Shown piece after piece: positions 56,462-64,000 of a stretch of 64,000 nt of DNA. Below the pieces are notes generated by a model that was not told the origin of the DNA, did not search any database, and worked only from the letters and a program-made list of their open reading frames with translations. Position numbers and translations under genes: made by a program. The stretch comes from a virus: positions 192,001 through 256,000 of IMG/VR virus record IMGVR_UViG_3300029374_000001. One strand, written 5' to 3'. Every line of letters starts with the position of its first letter. The stretch's first letter is position 1.

Positions 56462-58282
56462 TTAGTTATCAAAATCATATGTATTAAATGCCGGATCTGG
56501 CAAGAGATACTGGTTGGTCTTAAACATCAGTCCAATAATAGTAACAATAGCATCCAGAATAACAATATCGGATTGAATAGAAGATAATACTTTTCTATCA
56601 TATTCTCCTGTTCTTAAATTCAATGGGCAGTTATATTTCAAAGAATCATTAACGATTTCATTGAGTCTTGATTCAGATACTGTATTATCCTTGTTGTAAA
56701 TCAATTGGAACAGGGACTTATAGGCATCCAGTATTAAGCGAATAGCGTCTTTTGTAAGGTCTTCCGCATAGGGGTACTGACTATAGTCAATAGCGTGCTC
56801 TTTACCCATAATTTCCACCATTAACTGGCAGCATGCTTTCAACGCTTCGAAGTTTGCTCCATAGCCTACACCATATTCTGCAGCAGATCTACAATTCAAT
56901 ACAGCATCTTCTACCAAGTCTTTCTTAGCATCTCTATCTGTATAAGAAATACCACCAATCAAGTAGTCAACCATATTACATTCTAATGTCTGAATACGTC
57001 TCTTCAGTTTATAGATTTCGGTAACGTCTTTTTTAGTTTCTTCATATTTCTGTAATTCAGACTTTAATGATTTAACCAAGTTTTCATACATAGAAGACTT
57101 AGATCCATCTTTGTTATACATCATAGCTGGATTGATAATCTTTGTCATCTTAGCATCGGAGATAACCTGTTCGGCACTACCAGCAAAAGAGTGTACATTC
57201 TTCGGAGTAGCAGCAATACCCTTTTCAATATCAATCTTTTGAATATTGGGGTCGATATATTTCTTAATTGTCTTAGCTCCAGACAATTTAGCCAAATCAT
57301 ACAGATAATCTAACCGAGTAATATTAGTAACCATAAGCAGTTTAGGTCTCTGTTCCGGCGGATAGTTTCCAATAGTCTGCAATACCTGGTCTAATTCGGA
57401 ACGTACATCTTCACTATACTTAGGAGCTAATATAACAGTAGGAACTTCTCCAGGCATACTAAGAGCGTCTTTCTTACCATCTCTCATTGCTTCATTGCGT
57501 GTAGCCAATGGCATAATGATATTTTCTGTAACAATTGTTCCCAGCAGAGCCATCATTTCTGGCGTATCAATAGGATCTTCAAAGATATAAATCTTAGGAT
57601 CTCTAATTACACAAGTAGAGTCTTTTGCATTGTTAATAAAGTTTGCATTGAAGTATCCTACATCAAAAGTAAATCCATCATAAGATTTCAGAATATTATC
57701 TGTGGTATTGGAAATGCCTACATCGATATAGACAGAGTTACCATAGTCTTCATAGATCTTCTTAATATTCTGGGCAATCTCTTCATCACCATCTGTAGAT
57801 GTATAAGCAATATTATAGATGTCTTCTAAGGTAACTTTACGTCCATCTTTTTCTATGATTTCATAGATTCTTTCCGCAACGTTTTCTACTTTCTTCAGAA
57901 TTTCTTTTTCAGAAACATTGTATTCTTTACAATAATTATTCAATTTATGGAACAGTTTATAAGACAGAATAACAGAAGAGGTAGTACCATCTCCTACCGT
58001 CTTTACCGTATTTCTGGTTACATTTCTCAGATCATCCACAATAGACATTTCGATGGGTTTATTAAACTTAACGGCCCCTAAGATCTTATGCCCATCTTTG
58101 GTATAATCTGTACGTCCACTATCTTTCTTATCTACTACAGATCTCATTTCTGTGGTAGAGCCATCCGGTCCATAAGAGTTCTGTAATACATTAGCAATTG
58201 TTGCTAATGTCTCATCTTGCACTTCTCTCAAAATGCTCTTGGAAACCACATTGTTTATTGCCTTTGCTCTAATTGTGCCCAT
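56462..58282 (-). CDS. Chaperonin Cpn60/TCP-1 family (group-II-like), phage-encoded
   Basis: N-terminal equatorial-domain motifs 'GPDGSTTEMRS', 'TKDGHKIL' and 'VGDGTTSSVIL' (the GDGTT(S/T) ATP-binding loop). 606 aa. GGAGGA 4 nt upstream. Confidence 0.6.
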   Translation of the reverse strand: MGTIRAKAINNVVSKSILREVQDETLATIANVLQNSYGPDGSTTEMRSVVDKKDSGRTDYTKDGHKILGAVKFNKPIEMSIVDDLRNVTRNTVKTVGDGTTSSVILSYKLFHKLNNYCKEYNVSEKEILKKVENVAERIYEIIEKDGRKVTLEDIYNIAYTSTDGDEEIAQNIKKIYEDYGNSVYIDVGISNTTDNILKSYDGFTFDVGYFNANFINNAKDSTCVIRDPKIYIFEDPIDTPEMMALLGTIVTENIIMPLATRNEAMRDGKKDALSMPGEVPTVILAPKYSEDVRSELDQVLQTIGNYPPEQRPKLLMVTNITRLDYLYDLAKLSGAKTIKKYIDPNIQKIDIEKGIAATPKNVHSFAGSAEQVISDAKMTKIINPAMMYNKDGSKSSMYENLVKSLKSELQKYEETKKDVTEIYKLKRRIQTLECNMVDYLIGGISYTDRDAKKDLVEDAVLNCRSAAEYGVGYGANFEALKACCQLMVEIMGKEHAIDYSQYPYAEDLTKDAIRLILDAYKSLFQLIYNKDNTVSESRLNEIVNDSLKYNCPLNLRTGEYDRKVLSSIQSDIVILDAIVTIIGLMFKTNQYLLPDPAFNTYDFDN

Positions 58283-58974
58283 AATAAATCCTCCACTTTT
58301 GGTACTGATAAATCCACATATGGATCAATCAGCTTAATAATATTTGTTTCTGCATACAATAATACTTCAGGACAAACTTCATATGCCGTATCTGTCTTTT
58401 TCATATTATACATTGTATTCAGACTATAAATATGTTTTTTATCTACATGCTGATATGTAGGAATATCCTGTAGATATTTAATATATAAGCCATCATACAT
58501 ACTCATATCTGTTTCATTCAATCTGGTACGATACTTATTATGACTTAATTTATTGATCTTGCTAACTTCTTTCTCATTCTTACAGTTGATTGTAATATTG
58601 ACCAATCCATGACTATCATATGCAGATTGAACAAAAACAGCAATATCTGTAGGTCGTACCATATCATAAATTTCTTGTCCATAACTGTTCATCAAATCTT
58701 GATAGATTTCATCATAAGAGTTTTTATATTGATCTTTGATAATAATAGACAATGGGTTTCTTTCTGATCTGAATAATAGCAAGTTTTTTAAACCAGATAT
58801 GGTTTCTGCTGCTGCAATCTCTGGCCTAATTAATTGATCTTCCTTTAAATGAGTCAAGACAAACCCAACAATAGCTAAATCTAAATCCATCAATACTTCA
58901 AACTCCATAAGACCGGATGTATTATTTATGCCTATTCCAGTATCTATTGGTTTGAATTGTGCTGTATTTTCCAT
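58255..58974 (-). CDS. Hypothetical protein
   Basis: ORF. The 3' end overlaps the chaperonin start by 28 nt. Confidence 0.5.
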   Translation of the reverse strand: MENTAQFKPIDTGIGINNTSGLMEFEVLMDLDLAIVGFVLTHLKEDQLIRPEIAAAETISGLKNLLLFRSERNPLSIIIKDQYKNSYDEIYQDLMNSYGQEIYDMVRPTDIAVFVQSAYDSHGLVNITINCKNEKEVSKINKLSHNKYRTRLNETDMSMYDGLYIKYLQDIPTYQHVDKKHIYSLNTMYNMKKTDTAYEVCPEVLLYAETNIIKLIDPYVDLSVPKVEDLLWAQLEQRQ

Positions 58975-58980
58975 ATATAC

Positions 58981-59014
58981 CTCAAAAAAAAAAGAAGAGA
59001 CGCGAATCTCTTCT
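58981..59014 (-). terminator. Strong rho-independent terminator (aagaagagac-gcga-atctcttctt + T10)
   Basis: 10-bp stem followed by tttttttttt on the minus strand, 3' of 59025..59867. Confidence 0.55.
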
Positions 59015-59024
59015 TTATCTTCTA

Positions 59025-59867
59025 TTAAAAATCATTGAATGCATTTTTAATATCTTCTGACGGTTCATTATCCGTAGGATTATCTTCTTCATCAAATAAG
59101 TTCTGCATATATTGATCTTGTGTTGTAGCAGGATTTGCTTTCTTATTAATCTTCTTCCAGGCTGGTTCTGCTCCTACACGAGTAATGATATTATCGATCC
59201 CATTTCTAATTCTTTGAGATTCTTTATTTGTCGCATCCATGTAAGAGTATGCCATCGCATTGGTCATAGATAATACAAACTGATCCAATTGATCAATAAT
59301 CATATCTAATTCAATATCCTGGAAAGCATGTGTATTCTGCTGATAATTTATAACTCCGTCTGTAATTCCTACCTGAGAAATCATAGGATAATAATCCGTA
59401 TTCAACTGATAAGCAGCTTCTGCTTCTACAGAATTTTCTTTATTGAATCGAATGATTCGTAATGCAGAATGATATTTTTCTTTATTGAACGATTTGCCAT
59501 TATTTATTGTAATCAATGATTTCCCACAAATAACACCAAGCCCATCATTAGATTCTGGATTCTCCTTATATCTTTTTAGAATATCAGAGAACATCTTTGC
59601 CTTATGAGGATTGAAATAGATCGCTGTGCTGCTCTTAATATCCCAATCATATTTCCCAACAGAAATATTTGTTCTGGGAACAATATAGAACTTTAACATT
59701 CCATTCCACATAGCCGTCATTAATGCGGATTGCGTAATTGCATCAGGATCTGTATTATAAAATTTTAACCCACCTAATGTGGGTCGATATTCTTGTGATT
59801 GTTTTTGATAAGATGAGTATTTTTTGGTTTCTAAGCTATTGAATGATTTAGCTTGATTTAAAGGCAT
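59025..59867 (-). CDS. Hypothetical protein
   Basis: AGGAGG 8 nt upstream. Confidence 0.55.
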   Translation of the reverse strand: MPLNQAKSFNSLETKKYSSYQKQSQEYRPTLGGLKFYNTDPDAITQSALMTAMWNGMLKFYIVPRTNISVGKYDWDIKSSTAIYFNPHKAKMFSDILKRYKENPESNDGLGVICGKSLITINNGKSFNKEKYHSALRIIRFNKENSVEAEAAYQLNTDYYPMISQVGITDGVINYQQNTHAFQDIELDMIIDQLDQFVLSMTNAMAYSYMDATNKESQRIRNGIDNIITRVGAEPAWKKINKKANPATTQDQYMQNLFDEEDNPTDNEPSEDIKNAFNDF

Positions 59868-60005
59868 TTTGGTTTCCTCCTCTTACTTTAACTGTTAGAG
59901 TACATATCATAATCAACAATAGAAGCCCCAATACCTGTAATAGGTATTGGGAGCTATCTATCACCATCATATCATTAATATATTATATAACCAAAATAAT
60001 TTAAA

Positions 60006-60404
60006 TCATTTCTTACCTATATCATCCTGATCACTATAGGGTTTTGCTTGAATAATAATATTATTCCGTTTCATGTAAGACTTCATAATACTATCATTCT
60101 CTGAAATCTTTTTGTTCAACATCTTTTCTCCATTAATACAGAGACCTAAGATGAATGTAACAAATGAAATGGCAGGCTCTCCAATGATTGTAGCACCAAG
60201 TTTAATAAACTTGTCTATATCAGGATGGTTATGTACTATCGCTTGAATCATTAAAAATGTAAACGCAGCAATAAACGGGAGAATTGCCATCACAATATAG
60301 ATGGCCACCACCATTTTAATTGGATTCTTAAATGTAAGAATCGTAGCTCCAAGAGTATCAGTATACCTGGATAAACTTCTTAAGATAGAAGTGTACTTAT
60401 CCAT
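60006..60404 (-). CDS. Small integral membrane protein
   Basis: Three hydrophobic helices ('VVAIYIVMAILPFIAAFTFLMI', 'AISFVTFILGLCI'). Confidence 0.5.
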   Translation of the reverse strand: MDKYTSILRSLSRYTDTLGATILTFKNPIKMVVAIYIVMAILPFIAAFTFLMIQAIVHNHPDIDKFIKLGATIIGEPAISFVTFILGLCINGEKMLNKKISENDSIMKSYMKRNNIIIQAKPYSDQDDIGKK

Positions 60405-60406
60405 GT

Positions 60407-61570
60407 TTAATCATCTCCATAATTAATAAGAAGAGTTCTTGGAGATTTTAACTTCTGAGAAGAAATAGTATATCTCAGTTTATCGTACTTTTGGTAGAGA
60501 TCTTGTAATTGCTTTACAGTCTGTACACTCAATCCATCTTCCGTGGTGATATAATCATCAATCACAGACATTCTAGAATTGATCTTATGCAAAAGCATAA
60601 TAGCCAAAGCACGATCATCATCCATATTGTTCACTTCAAACTGAATGGTATAATAATCATCAAAGTAAGCCTTAACGCCATTAGCTTTAAAACGCTCTAA
60701 TGCATTACTGCTGGCTTTCTTGTTCTTATCAAAGAACCGCATAATCGATGCGGATGCTTCAGTAATCAGTGAATGGTCATCGATTCGTTTCAATCTACGG
60801 ATAATCTTATCCATCTCTAACTGTTCGTATCGAGAACCACTGATATCAATCCCTTTCTGGAGGGTATGAATAGCCTGAATACGATACTTCAAAATATTCT
60901 TATACAATCTAAGTACCCATTTAATAATAATAGACTTAGAGTCTACCATTGTACCATAGGTATTCGACTGTCCTTCCAGTTTCGTAATAGCTGATTTTAA
61001 GAAACTAGTTAAATCATATGCTTCATCAAGCTGGAATGGAATCATATACTCATTATGGAAAATAGATACTGAACGTCTGGCAGCTTCTTTAATACCAAAT
61101 CCCAATAATTCTATATAACTGATATAATCAGACAATCTTATTGTGGTATTAGAATATGTCAGATAAGAATTGATCAAGTATCTTGCATTACGAATAGGTG
61201 TTTCATTGGTAACCAATACACCTACTTCATGAATCAGCAAAGATACAATCTCATCCGTATCCAATTCATGAATGGGAGAATACAATTTGGAATCCAGTTC
61301 AACTTTATAAGATTTAATTCTATATTCATCATCAGAAGTCATAATCTCAGTGACCTGCTGTGCAGACAGCACTGGCATAACAATAATTCCGAAAAACTGT
61401 TTGTCCGTATTCAATGTATACGTTACATCACTACATACAGCATCGGGAAACAATTTATTCAACGTCTCTTTGATAGCGTTTAATACGGTTGTATCTCCCG
61501 GTCTCATTTTCAGATTAATGATATCGCCATTCAGATCACCAATATATCCAAAGATTTGATCTTTATTCAA
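60407..61570 (-). CDS. Hypothetical protein
   Basis: Apparent TTG start with AGGAGG 11 nt upstream. The first in-frame ATG is 20 codons in, so the start is uncertain. Confidence 0.5.
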   Translation of the reverse strand: MNKDQIFGYIGDLNGDIINLKMRPGDTTVLNAIKETLNKLFPDAVCSDVTYTLNTDKQFFGIIVMPVLSAQQVTEIMTSDDEYRIKSYKVELDSKLYSPIHELDTDEIVSLLIHEVGVLVTNETPIRNARYLINSYLTYSNTTIRLSDYISYIELLGFGIKEAARRSVSIFHNEYMIPFQLDEAYDLTSFLKSAITKLEGQSNTYGTMVDSKSIIIKWVLRLYKNILKYRIQAIHTLQKGIDISGSRYEQLEMDKIIRRLKRIDDHSLITEASASIMRFFDKNKKASSNALERFKANGVKAYFDDYYTIQFEVNNMDDDRALAIMLLHKINSRMSVIDDYITTEDGLSVQTVKQLQDLYQKYDKLRYTISSQKLKSPRTLLINYGDD

Positions 61571-61595
61571 GATTAAGTTGTCCTCCTTTCATCAG

Positions 61596-61638
61596 AAATA
61601 TAAAAAGCCAGGGGTAGCCATATAGACTACCCCTAGCC
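61596..61638 (-). terminator. Rho-independent terminator (ggctaggggtag..ctacccctggc + tttttatattt) 3' of the capsid-like gene
   Basis: GC-rich 11-bp stem followed by a T-run on the minus strand. Confidence 0.5.
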
Positions 61639-61665
61639 AATTAAATCTGTAATATGATTCAGCTA

Positions 61666-63717
61666 TTAGGGAATGTTGTTCAGTTTAGCCGGAATCTTGA
61701 TATGACCCTTAGTCGGGCTGCCATCTGCGGCATCAATTACGCCGTTAACTTCAGAGCTGTACTGTTCAGTATTAGCTGTGTTGTCGTTCATAGCGTTGAT
61801 TCCGATGTAATCATTGTCGCTTGCCATAGCTACGTTCTCCCTGAGGCCAGACGGATTCAGGATACGAATACGGCCCTGTACAGGCTGATACTGCAGGAAC
61901 AACCAACGTTCGAAGCAGGTCATAGCCGGGGTCTCGTACTGTACCGTATCACGAATTTCGCTGGAAATATACATCTGATAATCAATAACCTTGTAGGTAA
62001 TACGCATGCTATTTCTAGGAATGAGCAGTACAATCAGGTTATTGTTATTTCTCATCTTCTGAGAGGAGATGAAGTTGTAAACACGATGTTCGCTTGTTAC
62101 AACAGTCCGTTTGAAATCAAGTTCAACCGGTCCGATGTTGGACGGTGTCTGATAAGTGTAGGACTGCGGCGAAATACGACGGATGAGGTCCGGACGTCCG
62201 AATACTGCAACTGTCATATTTTCATCATTGAGAACCTGGAGCATACGGGTTACGTACTGATCAAGGTTATCCATGAACATAACTTTACGCCATTCAACCG
62301 GGTTGTTGTTGTAGTTGAGAGGCGGAGCGAAGTCGAAAGCACCAGAAACTTTAGCTACATCAGGCATTGTGAGGAAGCTATCGTTCAGGTTCTGGAGAAT
62401 GGAGTCATCCTTCCAGTGGAGCAGGCCAAGTCTCATCATGGACATAAGCTTTGTTACCTGGTTTACGTCGTAGAGAGCCTGGATATCTTTAACTTCTTCC
62501 GGAGATACTGTGCAGGTGATGTGCGGAGCTTCCGGAATTTCGTAGAAGTTAGTCATTGCAGACCATTTGAATTTAACGGTCGGGAACTGAGCTGTAGATA
62601 CGTCAACAACTGCATGAATAATAACGCCTTCTACAAAGCCAGCATTACCTGTAACAATAACCGCACCAGTATCAGCATTGATAGCCGGAGCACTCATGAG
62701 CATAATCTTGTTGCCCTGAGAAGCGTTACCCATCAGGTTAATGGTAACTTTTACAGAAGTAGTAGCAGTAGCCGGTACAGAGAGAGCAATTCTCTTGTTG
62801 AGAACGCGATCCATAGCACCATAGCCAGGGTTGAACATACCGTCAACGTCGAATACCAGTTTCTTACCAGCACCAACATCAGCAGTTTCAGCTACTTTGA
62901 ATTTACGATTTGCATCATCATAAATCAGGTCGCCTTCAGCAGCATAACCTGTAACAATGATTCTCTTAACCATGGTCTTCATGGAGAGAGTTGTGTTTCT
63001 GAGGATACGATCCGGAACCTGATCAGCAGTGAATGCGTCATGAACGAGGTTTCCGTTCAGAGCGTCACCACGAGCACCGTTACCACCGAGGGAAGCAGCA
63101 GAACCGATAATTTCTTTCGGAGCTACATCGCCAGCCAGTGCACCTGCAGCAGTAGCAGCAACAAAGAAATCAACAGACGGAATAGAAGCATCGACTGCCG
63201 GTTTAATCTTGTTCTGTTCTGCAAAGATGTCGAATTCGTTACCATCAACATCTACCATGGTACGAGTTTCCATGGTCAGTGTGAACTTCGGAGAACGTGC
63301 AACGTCTTTCGGCATAACCTGATCAAATACAGCGTTCATCAGGATGTTTTTATGCATCGGGAGAGCCATACCGATTACAGGGTTATAAGCACCGAGTGTA
63401 GTGGATTCCTGCTGGATCTGTGCTACGTCGTTTTCGAACAATGCTTCCATGTTGTCAACATGTTCAGCTACAGCATCAGCGCTCTGGAATCTCGGATCAT
63501 TCTGATCGAAGGAGTCTTCTACGAAGGACTTCTTCATTTCGTTTTTAGCAAGATCGCTTGTGAAGAATTCGCCAGGATTTCTGAAGATATCATAGCCAGC
63601 TTCCTGATGAACACCTCTTGCAACGTCAAGGAACTGTTCTGCAACAGCATGCATCGGATCGGATGCATATCCGCGGAGATCGAGTTTCTTGTTATCAATT
63701 GAGCTAAGAATAGCCAT
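61666..63717 (-). CDS. Major virion structural protein, probable major capsid protein (683 aa)
   Basis: Strong AAGGAGGAAAG SD, then 5 nt, then ATG. Markedly GC-rich third positions (ctg/aac/gtt/ggc), unlike the rest of the genome, consistent with a very highly expressed gene. Flanked by a strong terminator. Size is in the range of jumbo-phage MCPs. The fully overlapping + strand ORF 61654..63702 is C/H/R/S-rich and judged an antisense artefact. No fold-level evidence is available. Confidence 0.5.
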   Translation of the reverse strand: MAILSSIDNKKLDLRGYASDPMHAVAEQFLDVARGVHQEAGYDIFRNPGEFFTSDLAKNEMKKSFVEDSFDQNDPRFQSADAVAEHVDNMEALFENDVAQIQQESTTLGAYNPVIGMALPMHKNILMNAVFDQVMPKDVARSPKFTLTMETRTMVDVDGNEFDIFAEQNKIKPAVDASIPSVDFFVAATAAGALAGDVAPKEIIGSAASLGGNGARGDALNGNLVHDAFTADQVPDRILRNTTLSMKTMVKRIIVTGYAAEGDLIYDDANRKFKVAETADVGAGKKLVFDVDGMFNPGYGAMDRVLNKRIALSVPATATTSVKVTINLMGNASQGNKIMLMSAPAINADTGAVIVTGNAGFVEGVIIHAVVDVSTAQFPTVKFKWSAMTNFYEIPEAPHITCTVSPEEVKDIQALYDVNQVTKLMSMMRLGLLHWKDDSILQNLNDSFLTMPDVAKVSGAFDFAPPLNYNNNPVEWRKVMFMDNLDQYVTRMLQVLNDENMTVAVFGRPDLIRRISPQSYTYQTPSNIGPVELDFKRTVVTSEHRVYNFISSQKMRNNNNLIVLLIPRNSMRITYKVIDYQMYISSEIRDTVQYETPAMTCFERWLFLQYQPVQGRIRILNPSGLRENVAMASDNDYIGINAMNDNTANTEQYSSEVNGVIDAADGSPTKGHIKIPAKLNNIP

Positions 63718-64000
63718 TATTAACTTTCCTCCTTTAATCTAAACCTGATTGAGATCTCTAACCAGGTTTTTATAAAGTTTTATTCGTTAGTTTCACACAC
63801 ATTTCTTATTATCTTTTTATTAAACAATCTGATATTTCTTTAGACTTTCGTTAAAAGAATCAGAACGAATCTTTTAACCCTCTTAAGATCGAAAAGAGAA
63901 TTTGTGATTCCATTCCTCTGCTTTTAATATAGACCTGTATACTTCCTATTATTGTTTGATTGTAGAAGTATACACAGGTATGTTCCAATATATTACTAAG

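Noticed and set aside
61654-63702. 682-aa plus-strand ORF fully overlapping the capsid-like gene
   Set aside because: Its translation is C/H/R/S/N-rich with no recognisable organisation. It is an antisense artefact of the GC-rich codon usage of the minus-strand gene, which has a strong SD and normal protein composition.
1-64000. CRISPR arrays, integrase/transposase genes, rRNA
   Set aside because: No regularly spaced direct repeats were found. There are no tyrosine/serine recombinase or DDE motifs, and no rRNA-like conserved stretches. The window appears to be a lytic-phage core without mobile elements.
63718-64000. Hairpins upstream of the capsid-like gene (aaacctg..caggttt at 63741-63769; tgtatacttc..gaagtataca at 63936-63980)
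   Set aside because: The first is a real inverted repeat, but it sits in the 5' UTR adjacent to the SD, with no T-run. It is probably a 5' stabiliser or late-promoter context rather than a terminator. The evidence is insufficient to call a feature.

Overview
This 64-kb window is a visibly AT-rich fragment of a large tailed dsDNA phage (estimated ~30% GC by eye, not computed). Nearly every gene is preceded by a strong AGGAGG-type Shine-Dalgarno site, and the window encodes a GH73 muramidase and a secreted 3D-domain protein, so the host is probably a low-GC Gram-positive bacterium. The gene content looks jumbo-phage-like: a tubulin/FtsZ-family (PhuZ/TubZ-like) GTPase, a group-II-like chaperonin, and a ~680-aa capsid-like protein with atypical codon usage.

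The window has three transcription blocks:

1. Minus strand, 1..22.6 kb (early/replication block). It encodes the tubulin, a GH73 endolysin, a DHH phosphoesterase, a ParB-like protein, a type IIA topoisomerase ATPase+TOPRIM subunit, a Dda-like SF1 helicase, a DnaB-family helicase, an Mre11/SbcD nuclease and a PD-(D/E)XK nuclease.

2. Plus strand, 22.7..44.2 kb (tail-fibre block). It holds giant fibre proteins (1776, 1208, 589 and 688 aa) built from a LamG-like domain, CBM5/12-like repeats and a shared ~90-aa Ig-like module, plus a 579-aa fibre with 'ATTAFV' repeats. The most unusual feature of the window sits inside this block, at 36.5..41.1 kb: two radical-SAM/SPASM enzymes flanking two leader+core peptides whose cores are cysteine triplet repeats (CQx)n. 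It looks like a RiPP-type maturation cassette inside the fibre operon, and I know of no described tail-fibre-embedded equivalent.

3. Minus strand, 44.2..63.7 kb. It encodes a 3D-domain protein, a QueC-like PP-loop enzyme, a triplicated paralog family, a DUF2828/vWA protein, a DnaG-like primase, the chaperonin and the capsid-like gene.

Intergenic regions carry a family of perfect-palindrome terminators, many sharing a CTCATATGAG centre. They also carry a recurrent 'terminator hairpin + TTGT(A/G)A-N17-TATATA' module and a dispersed duplicated small-gene cassette. Two GC-richer structured noncoding regions are ncRNA candidates.
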